Origin: Eledone cirrhosa
Taxonomy: Eukaryota
Assembly: GCA_964016885.1 (NCBI GenBank)
Contig: OZ024742.1
Coordinates: forward strand, 244,466,001-244,530,000
DNA: 64,000 bases
Direction: 5' to 3'
Within the stretch, counting starts at the first letter, position 1; every line of letters starts with the position of its first letter. This document shows, one piece after another, positions 1 through 15,849 of the stretch. Below the pieces are notes generated by a model. The model was not told the origin of the DNA. It did not search any database and worked only from the letters and a program-made list of their open reading frames with translations. Made by a program: the position numbers and the translations under genes.

Positions 1-3000
1 CCACACCACACCACACCACCATATATGTAGAGATAACCACAGCACACCACACCACCATATATGTAGAGATAACCACACCACACCACCATATATGTAGAGA
101 TAACCACACCGCACCACACCACCATATATGTAGAGATAACCACACCGCACCACCATATATGTAGAGATAACCACAGCACAGCACACCACCATATATGTAG
201 AGATAACCACACCACACCACCATATATGTAGAGATAACCACACCGCACCACACCACCATATATGTAGAGATAACCACACCGCACCACCATATATGTAGAG
301 ATAACCACAGCACACCACACCACCATATATGTAGAGATAACCACACCACATTACACCACCATATATGTAGAGATAACCACACCACACCACACCACCATAT
401 ATGTAGAGATAACCACACCACAATACACCACCTTATATGTAGAGATAACCTTACCACACCACACCACCATATATGTAGAGATAACCACACCACACTACAC
501 CACCATATATGTAGAGATAACCACACCACACCACCATATATGTAGAGATAACCACAGCACACCACACCACCATATATGTAGAGAAAACCACAGCACACCA
601 CACCACCATATATGTAGAGATAACCACAGCACACCACACCACCATATATGTAGAGATAACCACAGCACACCACACCACCATATATGTAGAAATAACCTCA
701 CCACACCACCACACCACCATATATGTAGAGATAACCACACCACACCACACCACCATATATGTAGAGATAACCACAGCACACCACACCACCATATATGTAG
801 AGATAACCACAGCACACCACACCACCATATATGTAGAGATAACCACAGCACACCACACCACCATATATGTAGAAATAACCTCACCACACCACCACACCAC
901 CATATATGTAGAGATAACCACACCACACCACACCACCATATATGTAGAGATAACCACACCACACCACCATATATGTAGAGATAACCACACCACACCACCA
1001 TATATGTAGAGATAACCACACCACACCACACCACCATATATGTAGAGATAACCACACCACACCACACCACCATATATGTAGAGATAACCACACCACACCA
1101 CACCACCATATATGTAAAGATAACCACACCACACCACACCACCATATATGTAGAGATAACCACACCACACCACACCACCATATATGTAGAGATAACCTCA
1201 CCACACCACACCACCATATATGTAGAGATAACCACACCACACTACACCACCATATATGTAGAGATAACCACACCACACCACCATATATGTAGAGATAACC
1301 ACACCACACCACCATATATGTAGAGATAACCACAGCACACCACACCACCTTATCTGTAGAGATAACCACAGCACACCACACCACCATATATGTAGAGATA
1401 ACCACAGCACACCACACCACCATATATGTAGAGATAACCACACCACACCACACCACACCACCATATATGTAGAGATAACCACACCACACCACAATATATG
1501 TAGAGATAACCACAGCACACCACACCACCATATATGTAGAGATAACTACACCACACTACACCACCATATATGTAGAGATAACCACACCACACCACACCAC
1601 CATATATGTAGAGATAACCACACCACACCACACCACCATATATGTAGAGATAACCACACCACACCACCATATATGTAGAGATAACCACACCACACCACCA
1701 TATATGTAGAGATAACCACACCACACCACACCACCATATATGTAGAGATAACCACACCACACCACACCACCATATATGTAGAGATAACCACACCACACCA
1801 CACCACCATATATGTAGAGATAACCACACTACACCACCATATATGTAGAGATAACCACACCACACCACCATATATGTAGAGATAACCACACCACACCACC
1901 ATATATGTAGAGATAACCACACCACACCACACCACCATATATGTAGAGATAACCACACAACACCACCATATATGTAGAGATAACCACACAACACCACCAT
2001 ATATGTAGAGATAACCACACCACACCACACCACCATATATGTAGAGATAACCACACCACACCACACCACCATATATGTAGAGATAACCACAGCACACCAC
2101 TCCACCATATATGTAGAGATAACCACACCACACCACACCACCATATATGTAGAGATAACCACAGCACACCACCACACCACCATATATGTAGAGATAACCA
2201 CACCACACCACACCACCATATATGTAGAGATAACCACACCACACCACACCACCTTATATATAGAGATAACCACACCACACCACACCACCATATATGTAGA
2301 GATACCCACAGCACAGCACACCACACCACCATATATGTAGAGATAACCACACCACACCACACCACCATATATGTAGAGATACCCACAGCACAGCACACCA
2401 CACCACCATATATGTAGAGATAACCACACCACACCACACCACCATATATGTAGAGATAACCACAGCACACCACACCACACCACCATATATGTAGAGATAA
2501 CCACACCACACCACACCACCATATATGAAGAGAAAACCACAGCACACCACACCACCATATATGTAGAGATAACCACAGCACACCACACCACCATATATGT
2601 AGAGATAACCACACTACACCACCATATATGTAGAGATAACCACACCACACTACACCACCATATATGTAGAGATAACCACACCACACCACCATATATGTAG
2701 AGATAACCACAGCACACCACACCACCATATATGTAGAGATAACCACACCACACCACCATATATGTAGAGATAACCAAACCACACTACACCACCATATATG
2801 TAGAGATAACCACAGCACACCACACCACCATATATGTAGAGATAACCACACCACACCACACCACCATATATGTAGAGATAACCACACCACACTATACCAC
2901 CATATATGTAGAGATAACCACACCACACCACACCACCATATATGTAGAGATAACCACAGCACACCACACCACCATATATGTAGAGATAACCTCACCACAC

Positions 3001-5257
3001 CACACCACCATATATGTAGAGATAACCACAGCACACCACACCACCATATATGTAGAGATAACCACACCACACCACCATATATGTAGAGATAACCACACCA
3101 CACCACACCACCATATATGTAGAGATAACCACACCACACCACCATATATGTAGAGATAACCACACCACACTACACCACCTTATATGTAGAGATAACCACA
3201 GCACACCACACCACCATATATGTAGAGATAACCACACCACACCACCATATATGTAGAGATAACCACACCACACCACACCACCATATATGTAGAGATAACC
3301 ACAGCACACCACACCACCATATATGTAGAGATAACCACACCACACCACACCACCATATATGTAGAGATAACCACACCACATTACACCTCCTTATATGTAG
3401 AGATAACCACACCACACCACCATATATGTAGAGATAACCACACCACACCACACCACCATATATTGAGAGATAACCACAGCACACCTCACCACCATATATG
3501 TAGAGATAACCACACCACACCACCATATATGTAGAGATAACCACACCACACCACACCACCTTATATGTAAAGATAACCACACCACACCACACCACCATAT
3601 ATGTAGAGATAACCACACCACACCACACCACTATATATGTAGAGATAACCACACCGCACCACACCACCATATATGTAGAGATAACCACACCACACCACCA
3701 TATATGTAGAGATAACCACACCACACCACCATATATGTAGAGATAACCACAGCACACCACACCACCATATATGTAGAGATAACCACACCACACTACACCA
3801 CCTTATATGTAGAGATAACCACACCACACCACACCACCATATATGTAGAGATAACCACACTACACCACCATATATGTAGAGATAACTACACCACACTACA
3901 CAACCTTATATGTAGAGATAACCACACCACACCACCATATATGTAGAGATAACCACACCACACCACCATATATGTAGAGATAACCACACTACACCACCAT
4001 ATATGTAGAGATAACTACACCACACTACAGCACCTTATATGTAGAGATAACCACACCACACCACACCACCATATATGTAGAGATAACCACAGCACACCAC
4101 ACCACCATATATGTAGAGATAACCACACCACACCACACCACCATATATGTAGAGATAACCACACCACATTACACCTCCTTATATGTAGAGATAACCACAG
4201 CACACCACACCACCATATATGTAGAGATAACCACACCACAGTACACCACCATATATGTAGAGATAACCACACCACACCACACCACCATATATGTAGAGAT
4301 AACCACACCACACCACCATATATGTAGAGATAACCACACCACACCACCATATATGTAGAGATAACCACACCACACCACACCACCATATATGTAAAGATAA
4401 CCACACCACACCACACCACCATATATGTAGAGATAACCACACCACACCACCATATATGTAGAGATAACCACAGCACACCACACCACCATATATGTAGAGA
4501 TAACCACACCACACCACCATATATGTAGAGATAACCACAGCACACCACACCACCATATATGTAGAGATAACCACAGCACACCACACCACCATATATGTAG
4601 AGATAACCACAGCACACCACACCACCATATATGTAGAGATAACCACACCACACCACACCACCATATATGTAGAGATAACCACACCACACCACCATATATG
4701 TAGAGATAACCACACTACACCACCATATATGTAGAGATAACCACAGCACACCACACCACCATATATGTAGAGATAACCACAGCACACCACACCACCATAT
4801 ATGTAGAGATAACCACACCACACCACACCACCATATATGTAGAGATAACCACAGCACACCACACCACCATATATGCAGAGATAACCACACCACACCACAC
4901 CACCATATATGTAAAGATAACCACACCACACCACACCACCATATATGTAGAGATAACCACACCACACCACCATATATGTAGAGATAACCACAGCACACCA
5001 CACCACCATATATGTAGAGATAACCACACCACACCACACCACCATATATGTAGAGATAACCTCACCACACCACCATATATGTAGAGATAACCACAGCACA
5101 CCACACCACCATATATGTAAAGATAACCACACCACACCACCATATATGTAGTGATAACCACAGCACACCACCATATATGTAGAGATAACCACACCACACC
5201 ACACCACCATATATGTAGAGATAACCACACCACACCACCATATATGTAGAGATAACC
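1..5257. repeat. Minisatellite: constant core ACCATATATGTAGAGATAACC plus a variable number of ACACC/ACAGC pentamers (units mostly 31 or 36 bp, some 39-41 bp); roughly 150 copies, continuing off the left edge
   Basis: ATATATGTAG recurs at 21, 57, 88 and onward (36- then 31-bp spacing). The core is nearly invariant and the last core ends at 5257. Confidence 0.97.
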
Positions 5258-8200
5258 ACACCACACCACCACACCACACTACACTACACCACACCACTCT
5301 ACACCACACTACACCACACCACACCACACCACACTACACCACACCACACCACACCACACACCACACCACATCACACTACACCCCATTACACCACACCACA
5401 CCACACCACACCACACCACACCACACTACATTACACTAGACCACACCACACCACACCACATACACCACGCCACACCACACCACACTACATTACACTAGAC
5501 CACACCACACCACATACACCACACCACACCACACCACACTACACCACACTCCACCACACTACACCACAGCACCACACCATACCACATCACATACACCATA
5601 CCACACCACACCACACCACACCACGCCACCACTCCACACCACGCCACACCGCACCATACCACACCACACCACCATACCACACCACACCACATACACCACA
5701 CCACACCACACCACACCACACTACACCACACTACACTAAACCACACCACACCACACCACCCCACACCACACTGCATAAACCACACAACACAACACCACAC
5801 CACACTACACTACGCTACACCACACTACACCACACCACACCACACCACACTACACCACACCGCACCACCACACCACATACACCACACCACACTACACCAC
5901 ACCGCACCACACTACACTACACTACACTACACCACACCACACTACACTACGCTACACCACACTACACCACACCACACCACACTACACCACACCGCACCAC
6001 CACACCACATACACCACACCACACTACACCACACCGCACCACACTACACTACACTACACTACACCACACCACACCACACCACACCACACACCACACCACA
6101 CCCACACCATACCACACCACCACACCACACCACATTACACTACACCACACCACACCACACTACACCACACCACACCACACTACACCACACCACACCACAC
6201 CGCACCAGACTACACCACACTACACTACACCACACTACACTACACTATACCACACCACATACACCACACCGCACCACACCACACCACCACTCTACACCAC
6301 GCCACACCGCACCATACCACACCACACCACCATACCACACCACACCACATACACCACACCACACCACACCACACTACACCACACTACACTACACCACACC
6401 ACCCTGCATACACCACACAACACCACACCACACCACACCACACTACACCACACTGCACCACCACACCACATACACCACACCACTCTACACCACACCGCAC
6501 CACACTACACTACACTACACTACACTACACTACACCACACCACACCACACCACACCACACACCACACCACACCCACACCACCATATATTACCACACCACC
6601 ATATATAACCACACCACACACACCACACCATACTACACCACACTACACTACACTACACCACACCACACTACACTAGACCACACCACACCACACCACACCA
6701 CATACACCACACCACACCACACTACACTACACCACACCACCACACCACACCATACCACACCACATACACCACACCACACCACACCACACCACACCACGCC
6801 ACCACACCACACCATACCACACAACACCACCATACCACACCACACCACATACACCACACCACACTACACTACACCACACCACCACACCACACCATACCAC
6901 ACCACACTACACCACACTACACTACACTACACCACACTACACTACACTAGACCACACCACACCACATACACCACACCACACCACACCACACTACACTACA
7001 CCACACCACCACACCATACCACACCACATACACCACACCACACCACACTACACTACACCACACCACCACACCACACCATACCACACCACATACACCACAT
7101 CACACCACACCACACCACACCACACCACACCACACTACACCACACCTCACTACACTACACCACTCCACACCACACCACACCACACTACACTACACTACAC
7201 CATACCACACCACACCACACCACACCACACCGCACCACACCACACTACACTGCATTACACCACACCACACCACACCACACCACACTACACTACACTACAC
7301 CACACTACACCATACCACACCGCTACACTATACCACACCACACCACACCACACTACACTGCACTACACCACACTACACCACACCACACCACACCACACCA
7401 CACTACACTGCACTACACCACACTACACCACACCACACAAAACCACACCACACCACATGACATCACACCACACCACCACACCACATCACACCACACCACA
7501 CCACCACACCACACCACACCACATCACACTACACTCCACCACACCACACCACACCACTCCAAACCACACCACACTACACCACACTACACTACACTACACT
7601 ACACTACACCACACCACACCACACCACATACACCACACCACACCACACTACACTACACCACACCACCACACCACACCATACCACACCACATACACCACAC
7701 CACACACACCACACCATACCACACCACACAATCACACCACACCACACCACACCACACCACACCACACCACACCACACTACACTACACTACACCACACCAC
7801 ACCACACCACACCACACTACACCACACTACACTACACTACACCACACCACAATACACTACACCACACCACATGACATCACACCACACCACACCACCACAC
7901 CACACCACATACACCACCACACCATACCACACCACACCATACCACACCACACAATCACACCACACCACACCACACCACACCACCACACCACACCACATAC
8001 ACCACCACACCACACCACACACACCACACCATACCACACCACACAATCACACCACACCACACCACACCACACCACCACACCACACCACATACACCACCAC
8101 ACCACACCACACCACACCACACCACACCATACCACACCACACCACATACACCACACCACACTACACTACACCACACCACCACACCACACCATACCACACC

Positions 8201-10150
8201 ACATACACCACACCACACACACCACACCATACCACACCACACAATCACACCACACCACACCACACCACACCACACCACACCACACCACACTACACTACAC
8301 TACACCACACCACACCACACCACACCACACTACACCACACTACACTACACTACACCACACCACAATACACTACACCACACCACATGACATCACACCACAC
8401 CACACCACCACACCACACCACATACACCACCACACCATACCACACCACACCATACCACACCACACAATCACACCACACCACACCACACCACACCACCACA
8501 CCACACCACATACACCACCACACCACACCACACACACCACACCATACCACACCACACAATCACACCACACCACACCACACCACACCACCACACCACACCA
8601 CATACACCACCACACCACACCACACCACACCACACCACACCATACCACACCACACCACATACACCACACCACACTACACTACACCACACCACCACACCAC
8701 ACTACACCACACTACACTACACTACACCACGCTACACTACACTAGACCACACCACACCACATACACCACACCACACCACACCACACCACACTACACTACA
8801 CCACACCACCACACCACACCATACCACACCACATACACCACACCACACCACACCACACTACACTACACCACACCACCACACCACACCATACCACACCACA
8901 TACACCACACCACACCACACCACACTACACCACACTACACTACACTACACCACACTACACTACACTAGACCACACCACACCACACCACACCACACCACAC
9001 CACACCACACCACACCACACTACACCACACCTCACTACACTACACCACTTCACACCACACCACACCACACCACACTACACTACACTACACCATACCACAC
9101 CACATCACACTACACTACACCACACCACACCACACCTCACCACACCACACTACACTGCATTACACCACACCACACCACACCACACCACACCACACTACAC
9201 TACACTACACCACACTACACCATACCACACCGCTACACTATACCACACCACACCACACCACACTACACTGCACTACACCACACTACACCACACCACACCA
9301 CACTACACCACACCACACAAAACCACACCACACCACATCACACTACACTCCACCACACCACACCACACCACTCCACACCACACCACACTACACCACACTA
9401 CACTACACTACACTACACCACACCACACCACACCACACCACACTACACTGCCCTACACCACACTACACCACACCACACCAACCACACCACACCACACCAC
9501 ACTACACAACACCACACTACACCACACCACACCACACCACACCACACTACACCACACCACACCACACCACACTACACCACACTACACCACACCACATCAC
9601 ACCACACCACACCACACCACACCACACCACACTTTACCACATCACACCACATCACACCACACCACCACACCACACCACACCACACCACACACACCACACC
9701 ATACCACACCACACAATCACACCACACCACACCACACCACACCACACCACACCACACCACACCACACCACACCACACCACACCACACTACACCACACTAC
9801 ACTACACTACACCACAATACACTACACCACACCACATGACATCACACCACACCACACCACCACACCACACCACATACACCACCACACCATACCACACCAC
9901 ACTACACCACACCACACCACATCACACCACCAGACCACACCACATACACCCCACCCCACCCCACCACACCCCACCACACCACACTACACCACACCACCAC
10001 ACCACATACACCCCACCACACCACACCACACCACACTACACCACACTACACTACACTACACCACACCACACTACACTACACCACACCACACCACATGACA
10101 TCACACCACACCACCCCACCCCACCACAACACAACACCACACCACCATAT
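5258..10150. repeat. Pentanucleotide microsatellite (ACACC/ACACT/ATACC)n with internal higher-order duplications
   Basis: Continuous 5-bp periodic C/A-rich tract, almost G-free on the + strand. Confidence 0.96.
7640..8700. repeat. Tandem 513-bp duplication within the pentamer tract
   Basis: ORF translations at 7837-8046 and 8350-8559 (also 7857/8370) are identical at offset 513. The diagnostic variants ATGACATC and ACAATCAC recur at that offset. Confidence 0.9.
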
Positions 10151-10878
10151 ATAACCACATAGACATAACCACAAACACATTACACATGCATATACAACTG
10201 TAAACACACAGCCATACACATACACAGACACACAGAAACCAACACATACCCACTAACAGCCATATACATACAAACCACCACCACACACACACAGAGCTTT
10301 TAACACATAAACACACAAACTGATACACACACAAACTGATACATACACACACACAAATCACCACATACCCACTAACAGCCATATGCATAGAAACCACCAC
10401 ACATACACACACAAACACAGAGAGGCATAAAAACACAAACTGACACATCCATACACACTCATATACAGACACACCAACACACACAAACACACAAACACAC
10501 AAACACCCATAATCATATAAACTCACACACATACACACAGCCCTTCATTTGTACACATACACACACAGCCCTTCATTTGTACACATACACACATACATAC
10601 TAATGCACATGCTTGAACACAAGAACAGACACACAGACACTATTACTCACACTTACACACAAGCACACATACACACAAGCACACACACACACACAAGCAC
10701 ACACGCATACACACAAGCACACACACACACACACAAGCACACACACATACATTCAACCATACACTAACCAACACACATACACAATGGCTAGTACACACAC
10801 AACCATACCATAGGCGACAGATACACACATATATTAAAACAAACTCATTTTTACACATATATATACACACACACACAC

Positions 10879-11087
10879 ATGCAACTATACATCTGCCCAT
10901 ACACACACACATTTAGCCATACACCGACCAATACACATACACACACACTCACACACACACACACATGCAACTATACATCTGCCCATACACACACACGTTT
11001 AGCCATACACCGACCAATACACATACACACACACTCACACACACTCACACATGCAACTATACATCTGCCCATACACACACATTTAGC

Positions 11088-11121
<34 letters not shown>

Positions 11122-11325
11122 TGCAACTATACATCTGCCCATACACACACATTTAGCCATACACCGACCAATACACATACACACACACTCACACACACTC
11201 ACACATGCAACTATACATCTGCCCATACACACACATTTAGCCATACACCGACCAACACACATACACACACACTCACACACACTCACACATGCAACTATAC
11301 ATCTGCCCATACACACACATTTAGC

Positions 11326-11361
<36 letters not shown>

Positions 11362-11412
11362 TGCAACTATACATCTGCCCATACACACACACATTTAGCC
11401 ATACACCGACCA
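10879..11412. repeat. Minisatellite, 7 units of 70-86 bp starting ATGCAACTATACATCTGCCCATAC
   Basis: Motif starts at 10879, 10965, 11051, 11121, 11205, 11289 and 11361. Confidence 0.92.
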
Positions 11413-12160
11413 ACACGCACATATATATATACACATACACACACACACAAACCATCACACACACATGCACAAAGAACTAATACACATTTAACCATACACC
11501 AATCAACACACATATACACACACAAAGATTAATACATACATACACACACACAGATGCACACATACACATACACACACACTCATACACACACATACCATCA
11601 CACATGCACACAAACACACACTCTAACAAGCATTCAATTATACATACACATACACATACATACACAATCTAATAAACATTTATATATATATACAAACACG
11701 TACATACACACATACACAGAAAGATTAAAAACCAACACATATATATATATATATATACATATACATACATACATACATATAGATTAATACACATCAACCA
11801 TATACAGACCTACGTACATGCACACTAATACAAATCAGTTATACACACATACACACACACACTTACACATGCATACACGCATACACACACTATTATACAT
11901 TCAGCCATACACAGACCAACATATATTTCATACACACATACACACATTGTTACACACACATACACATACACACACACATAGATACACTCATATTTACACA
12001 CACATAGATACACTTGCAACCATACACAAGTCATCACACACACACACACACATACACACATACACATTCAATCATTTACAAACCAACACACACACATACA
12101 TATACACAGATACACACACACATACATATACACAGATACACACACACATACACAGATACA

Positions 12161-12390
12161 CATTCAATCATATACAAACCAACACACATACACACTCAAC
12201 CAAATACACACACACACACATACACAGATACACATTCAATCATATACAAACCAACACACATACACACTCAACCAAATACACACACACACACATACACAGA
12301 TACACATTCAATCATATACAAACCAACACACATACACACTCAACCAAATACACACACACACACACATACACAGATACACATTCAATCATA
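12161..12390. repeat. Minisatellite, ~72-bp unit, 3+ copies (CATTCAATCATATACAAACCAAC...)
   Basis: Motif at 12161, 12233, 12305 and 12379. Confidence 0.88.
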
Positions 12391-12400
12391 TAGGAACCAA

Positions 12401-14090
12401 CATACACATAGGCACACAAGCACACTCATACATATACACACATAGGCATATACACATATACACATAGGCACACACGTACACACATACACGTACACAGATA
12501 CACACATGTACACAGATACACACACATATACACACACAGATACACATTCAACCATATACAAACCAACACACCAACACAGCAACACACACACACAGAGACA
12601 CAGAGATACACACACAGACACAGAGATACACACCACAGCTAACACAAACACACACACTGAGATACACACACCAACACAGCAACACAGCAACACACACACA
12701 CCCCAACAGACACACAGCAACACACCAACAGACCAACACACATACACACCAACACAGCAACACACACACCAACAGACACACACACACTGAGATACATACA
12801 CCAACACAGCAACACACACACCAACAGACACACACACACTGAGATACAAACAGCAACACACCAACAGACCAACAGACACACACACCACAGCTAACACAGA
12901 CACACACACTGAGATACATACACCAACACACCAACATACACACACACACAGCAACACACCAACACACCAACAGACACACACACACCAACACAGCAACATC
13001 ACACACACCAACACACCAACACACACCAACACACACCAACACACACCAACACACCAACACACCAACACACCAACATACACACACACACCAACATAGCAGC
13101 ATACACACACACAGTAACACACAGTAACACACACCAACACACCAACAGACACACACACACCAACACAGCAACATACACACACACACCAACAGACCAACAC
13201 ACCAACAGACCAACACACACCAACAGACATACACACACGCCAACAGACACACACACACCAACACAGCAACACACACACACACACACACCAACACAGCAAC
13301 ATACACACACACCAACACAGCAACACACACCAACACAGCAACATACACACACACCAACACAGCAACACACACCAACACAGCAACACACACCAACACAGCA
13401 ACACACACCAACACAGCAACACAGCAACACACACCAACACACCAACACAGCAACAGACCAACAGACCAACAGACAGAGCACAGCTAACAGTTGTATTATG
13501 TTGCTGTTTATCCTTATTGTGAATCATATGAAATTTGTCATGTGTTTTCTTGTACTTTAATGACATTTTGTGGTTGCTAGCAGAATCTGTATTGATCACC
13601 AGAAGATGCAATATTTCTCTGTGTATACGTATGTGTAGCCTGCTGTTAATGTGTCTCTTGATATATAGGCATATATACGTGTATGTATGTGTGCGTATGC
13701 TGGTGTGCCTATGTGTATATGTGTACGCGTGTGCCTATCTGTAAATGTGTATGTGCCTATGTGTATATATGTGTATATGTGTGCGCATATGCTTGTGTGC
13801 CTATGTGTGTGTATGTGTGTATGTGTCTACACGTATGCTTGTGTGCCTATGTGTGTGTATATGTGTGTATGTGTGTGCTTGTGCACGTATGCTTGTGTGC
13901 CTATGTGTGTATGTGTGTGCGCGTATGCTTGTGTGCCTGTGTGCGTATGCTTGTGTGCCTATGTGTGTGTGTGTATGCGTTGCGTATGCTTGTGTGTCTA
14001 TGTGTATGTGTGTACGTGTGTGCCTATGTGTATATGTGTATATGCCTATGTGTGTATATGTATGAGTGTGCTTGTGTGCCTATGTGTATG
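12401..14090. repeat. 89-bp exact inverted repeat, arms 12401-12489 and 14002-14090
   Basis: The reverse complement of 12401-12489 matches 14002-14090 base for base by eye. The peptide MCVRVCLCVYVYMPMCVYV appears in both the - strand ORF 12426-12611 and the + strand ORF 13745-14065. Confidence 0.9.
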
Positions 14091-14452
14091 TGTGTGCACG
14101 TATGTTTGTGTGCCTATGTGTATATGTGTATGTGTGTATGTGTATGCTTGTATGCCTATATGCATGTGTATACGCGTATGCTTGTGTGCCAGTATATATA
14201 TGTGTGTGCACGTATGCTTGTGTGTGTGTGTACGCGTATGCTTGTGTGCCTATGTGTGTGTGTGTACGCTTGTGCTTGTGTGCCTATGTGTGTATATGTG
14301 CACGCATATGCTTGTGTGCCTATGTGTGTATGTGTGTACGTGTATGGTTGTGTGCATGTGTGCCTATGTGTATGTGTATACATGTATGCTTGTGTGCCTA
14401 TGTGTCTATGTGTACGTGTGTATGAGTGTGTGTGTATATAAACATGTGTGTG
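13620..14452. repeat. Degenerate (TG)n tract with recurring motif GTATGCTTGTGTGCCTATGTGT
   Basis: TG-dominated, with opposite polarity to the upstream CA tract. Confidence 0.92.
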
Positions 14453-14517
14453 ATTCTCATCATGGGTTAATTTAAATATGTTTTATTCCACATTTCTTGT
14501 TTCATTGCTTGATCATA

Positions 14518-14690
14518 TTTGTTTGTTGTTGTTGTTGTTTGTTCATTTGTTTGGGGCATTTTTTGTTGTTGTTGCTGGTGTTGTTTTTTGTTTACTTGAT
14601 ATTCTGTTCTGACTTTTATTATTTTTATTTATTTATTTATTTATTTTATATTACATATATTTATTTATTTATGTAATTATTTATTTTTTG
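14518..14690. repeat. (GTT)n and (TTTA)n low-complexity simple repeats
   Basis: Seen directly in the sequence. Confidence 0.8.
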
Positions 14691-14715
14691 AAGAAACAAA
14701 GCTCTCTAGTGCTGC

Positions 14716-15277
14716 AGAAAGAACAAAAAAGAGAGTGAGAGAAGGAGAGAGGGGTAGAGGAAAAGAGGGAGAAGGAAAGTAAGAAATAGAGTGGGGAGAA
14801 AGAGAAGGGAAAGGAAAGAAAGGGGGAAGAAAAGTAAAAAAGAGAGTGAGAGAAGGAGAGGGAAAGAGAGAGAGGGGTTGGGAGGAAAGAAAGGGGGAAG
14901 GAAAGTAAGAAAGAGAATGAGAGAAGGAGAGGGAAAGAGAAAGGGGGAGAAAGAAAGAGAGGGGAAGGAAAGATAAGGGGAAAGAAAGTAAAAAAGAGAG
15001 TGAGAGAAGGAGAGGCAAAGAGAGAGAGGGGGGAAGGAAAGAAAGGGGTAAGGAAAGTAAGAAAGAGAGAGAGAGGGGTGGGGAGGAAAGAAAAGGGAAA
15101 GGAAAGAAAGAAAGAGAGGGAAAGAGAGAGTAGAAAGCAAGAAAGAGAGAAAGAAGGAAAGTAAGAAAGAGAGTGAGAGAAGGAGAGGGAAAGAGAGAGA
15201 TAGAGAGTGGGGGAGGAAAGAAAAGGGGAAGGAAAGTAAGAAAGAGAAAAAAGAAAGGAAAAAAGTAAGAGAAAAGA
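14716..15277. repeat. Polypurine (GA-rich) tract with a degenerate ~70-85 bp subrepeat (GAGAGTGAGAGAAGGAGAGGG...GGAAAGTAAG)
   Basis: About 560 bp almost entirely A/G on the + strand; the subrepeat motif recurs about 5 times. Confidence 0.9.
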
Positions 15278-15849
15278 TGGCATATATTTGGTGAAGGAAA
15301 AATAGCTATCAACTTATGGAATTGTGTTTTGAATGATCCCCACATATTTCTTGTAAATATCCTTGCTGAGGAAATAACTGGAGAAAATAGATGAATAAAT
15401 AATATAAACATGAAAAATATACATGCAAACATTATATATATGTGGGGAGGTATGTGTGGTTTAGATATTATAGAATCTTACAATCCCTCAACTTATGATT
15501 GCCACTGAATCTCTATGCCTTTTACTGATGAGAAAACAGTGAAAACTACTACACTATAGAGAACAGCAATTGCTGTACTATAAGCCACAAAGATAACTAT
15601 ATTGTACAGATTAATGACTTCTATATCATTGAAAGTAGTGTATAGTGTAACTATAGACTTTATATCTATTTGATGTTATATAGACAGCATTGGCTGTTGT
15701 TCTATTGATATCAAACTACTATAAGGTATCAAAGTAGATATTAGTGTATCATAGTAGAAATTAGTGTTGCCTAATAGACAGTAAAGACTCATATACTAAA
15801 GATAATGATGGTTAACATACTATAATAGATAACAGTGACTATAGTTACA

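Larger units (their letters stand above)
10151..13470. repeat. Degenerate (CA)n/(CATA)n low-complexity tract with embedded minisatellites
   Basis: Dominated by CA dinucleotides; CAACACAG-type subrepeats at ~12.55-13.47 kb. Confidence 0.93.

Noticed and set aside
1-5257. CRISPR-like pattern of a constant 21-bp core with variable spacers
   Set aside because: The spacers are just 2-4 ACACC pentamers rather than unique sequences. There are no cas genes and the context is eukaryotic.
5258-10150. Telomere-like (TG1-3-type) tract
   Set aside because: It is internal and heterogeneous, with no TTAGGG, the usual molluscan/metazoan telomere repeat.
451-10162. Long Cys/Trp/Val-rich and His/Thr/Pro-rich ORFs (up to 503 aa)
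   Set aside because: Unit lengths of 5 and 31 bp rotate the frame, and all frames give the same peptides. These are artefacts of stop-poor repeats.
13470-13640. Possible exon in the unique island between the CA and TG tracts
   Set aside because: All three + frames contain stops. The one open - frame has no convincing splice acceptor and no recognisable protein.
10101-15432. ORFs over the CA, TG and GA tracts (HTHT, CVCV, FLSL peptides)
   Set aside because: Low-complexity translations with no domain signal.
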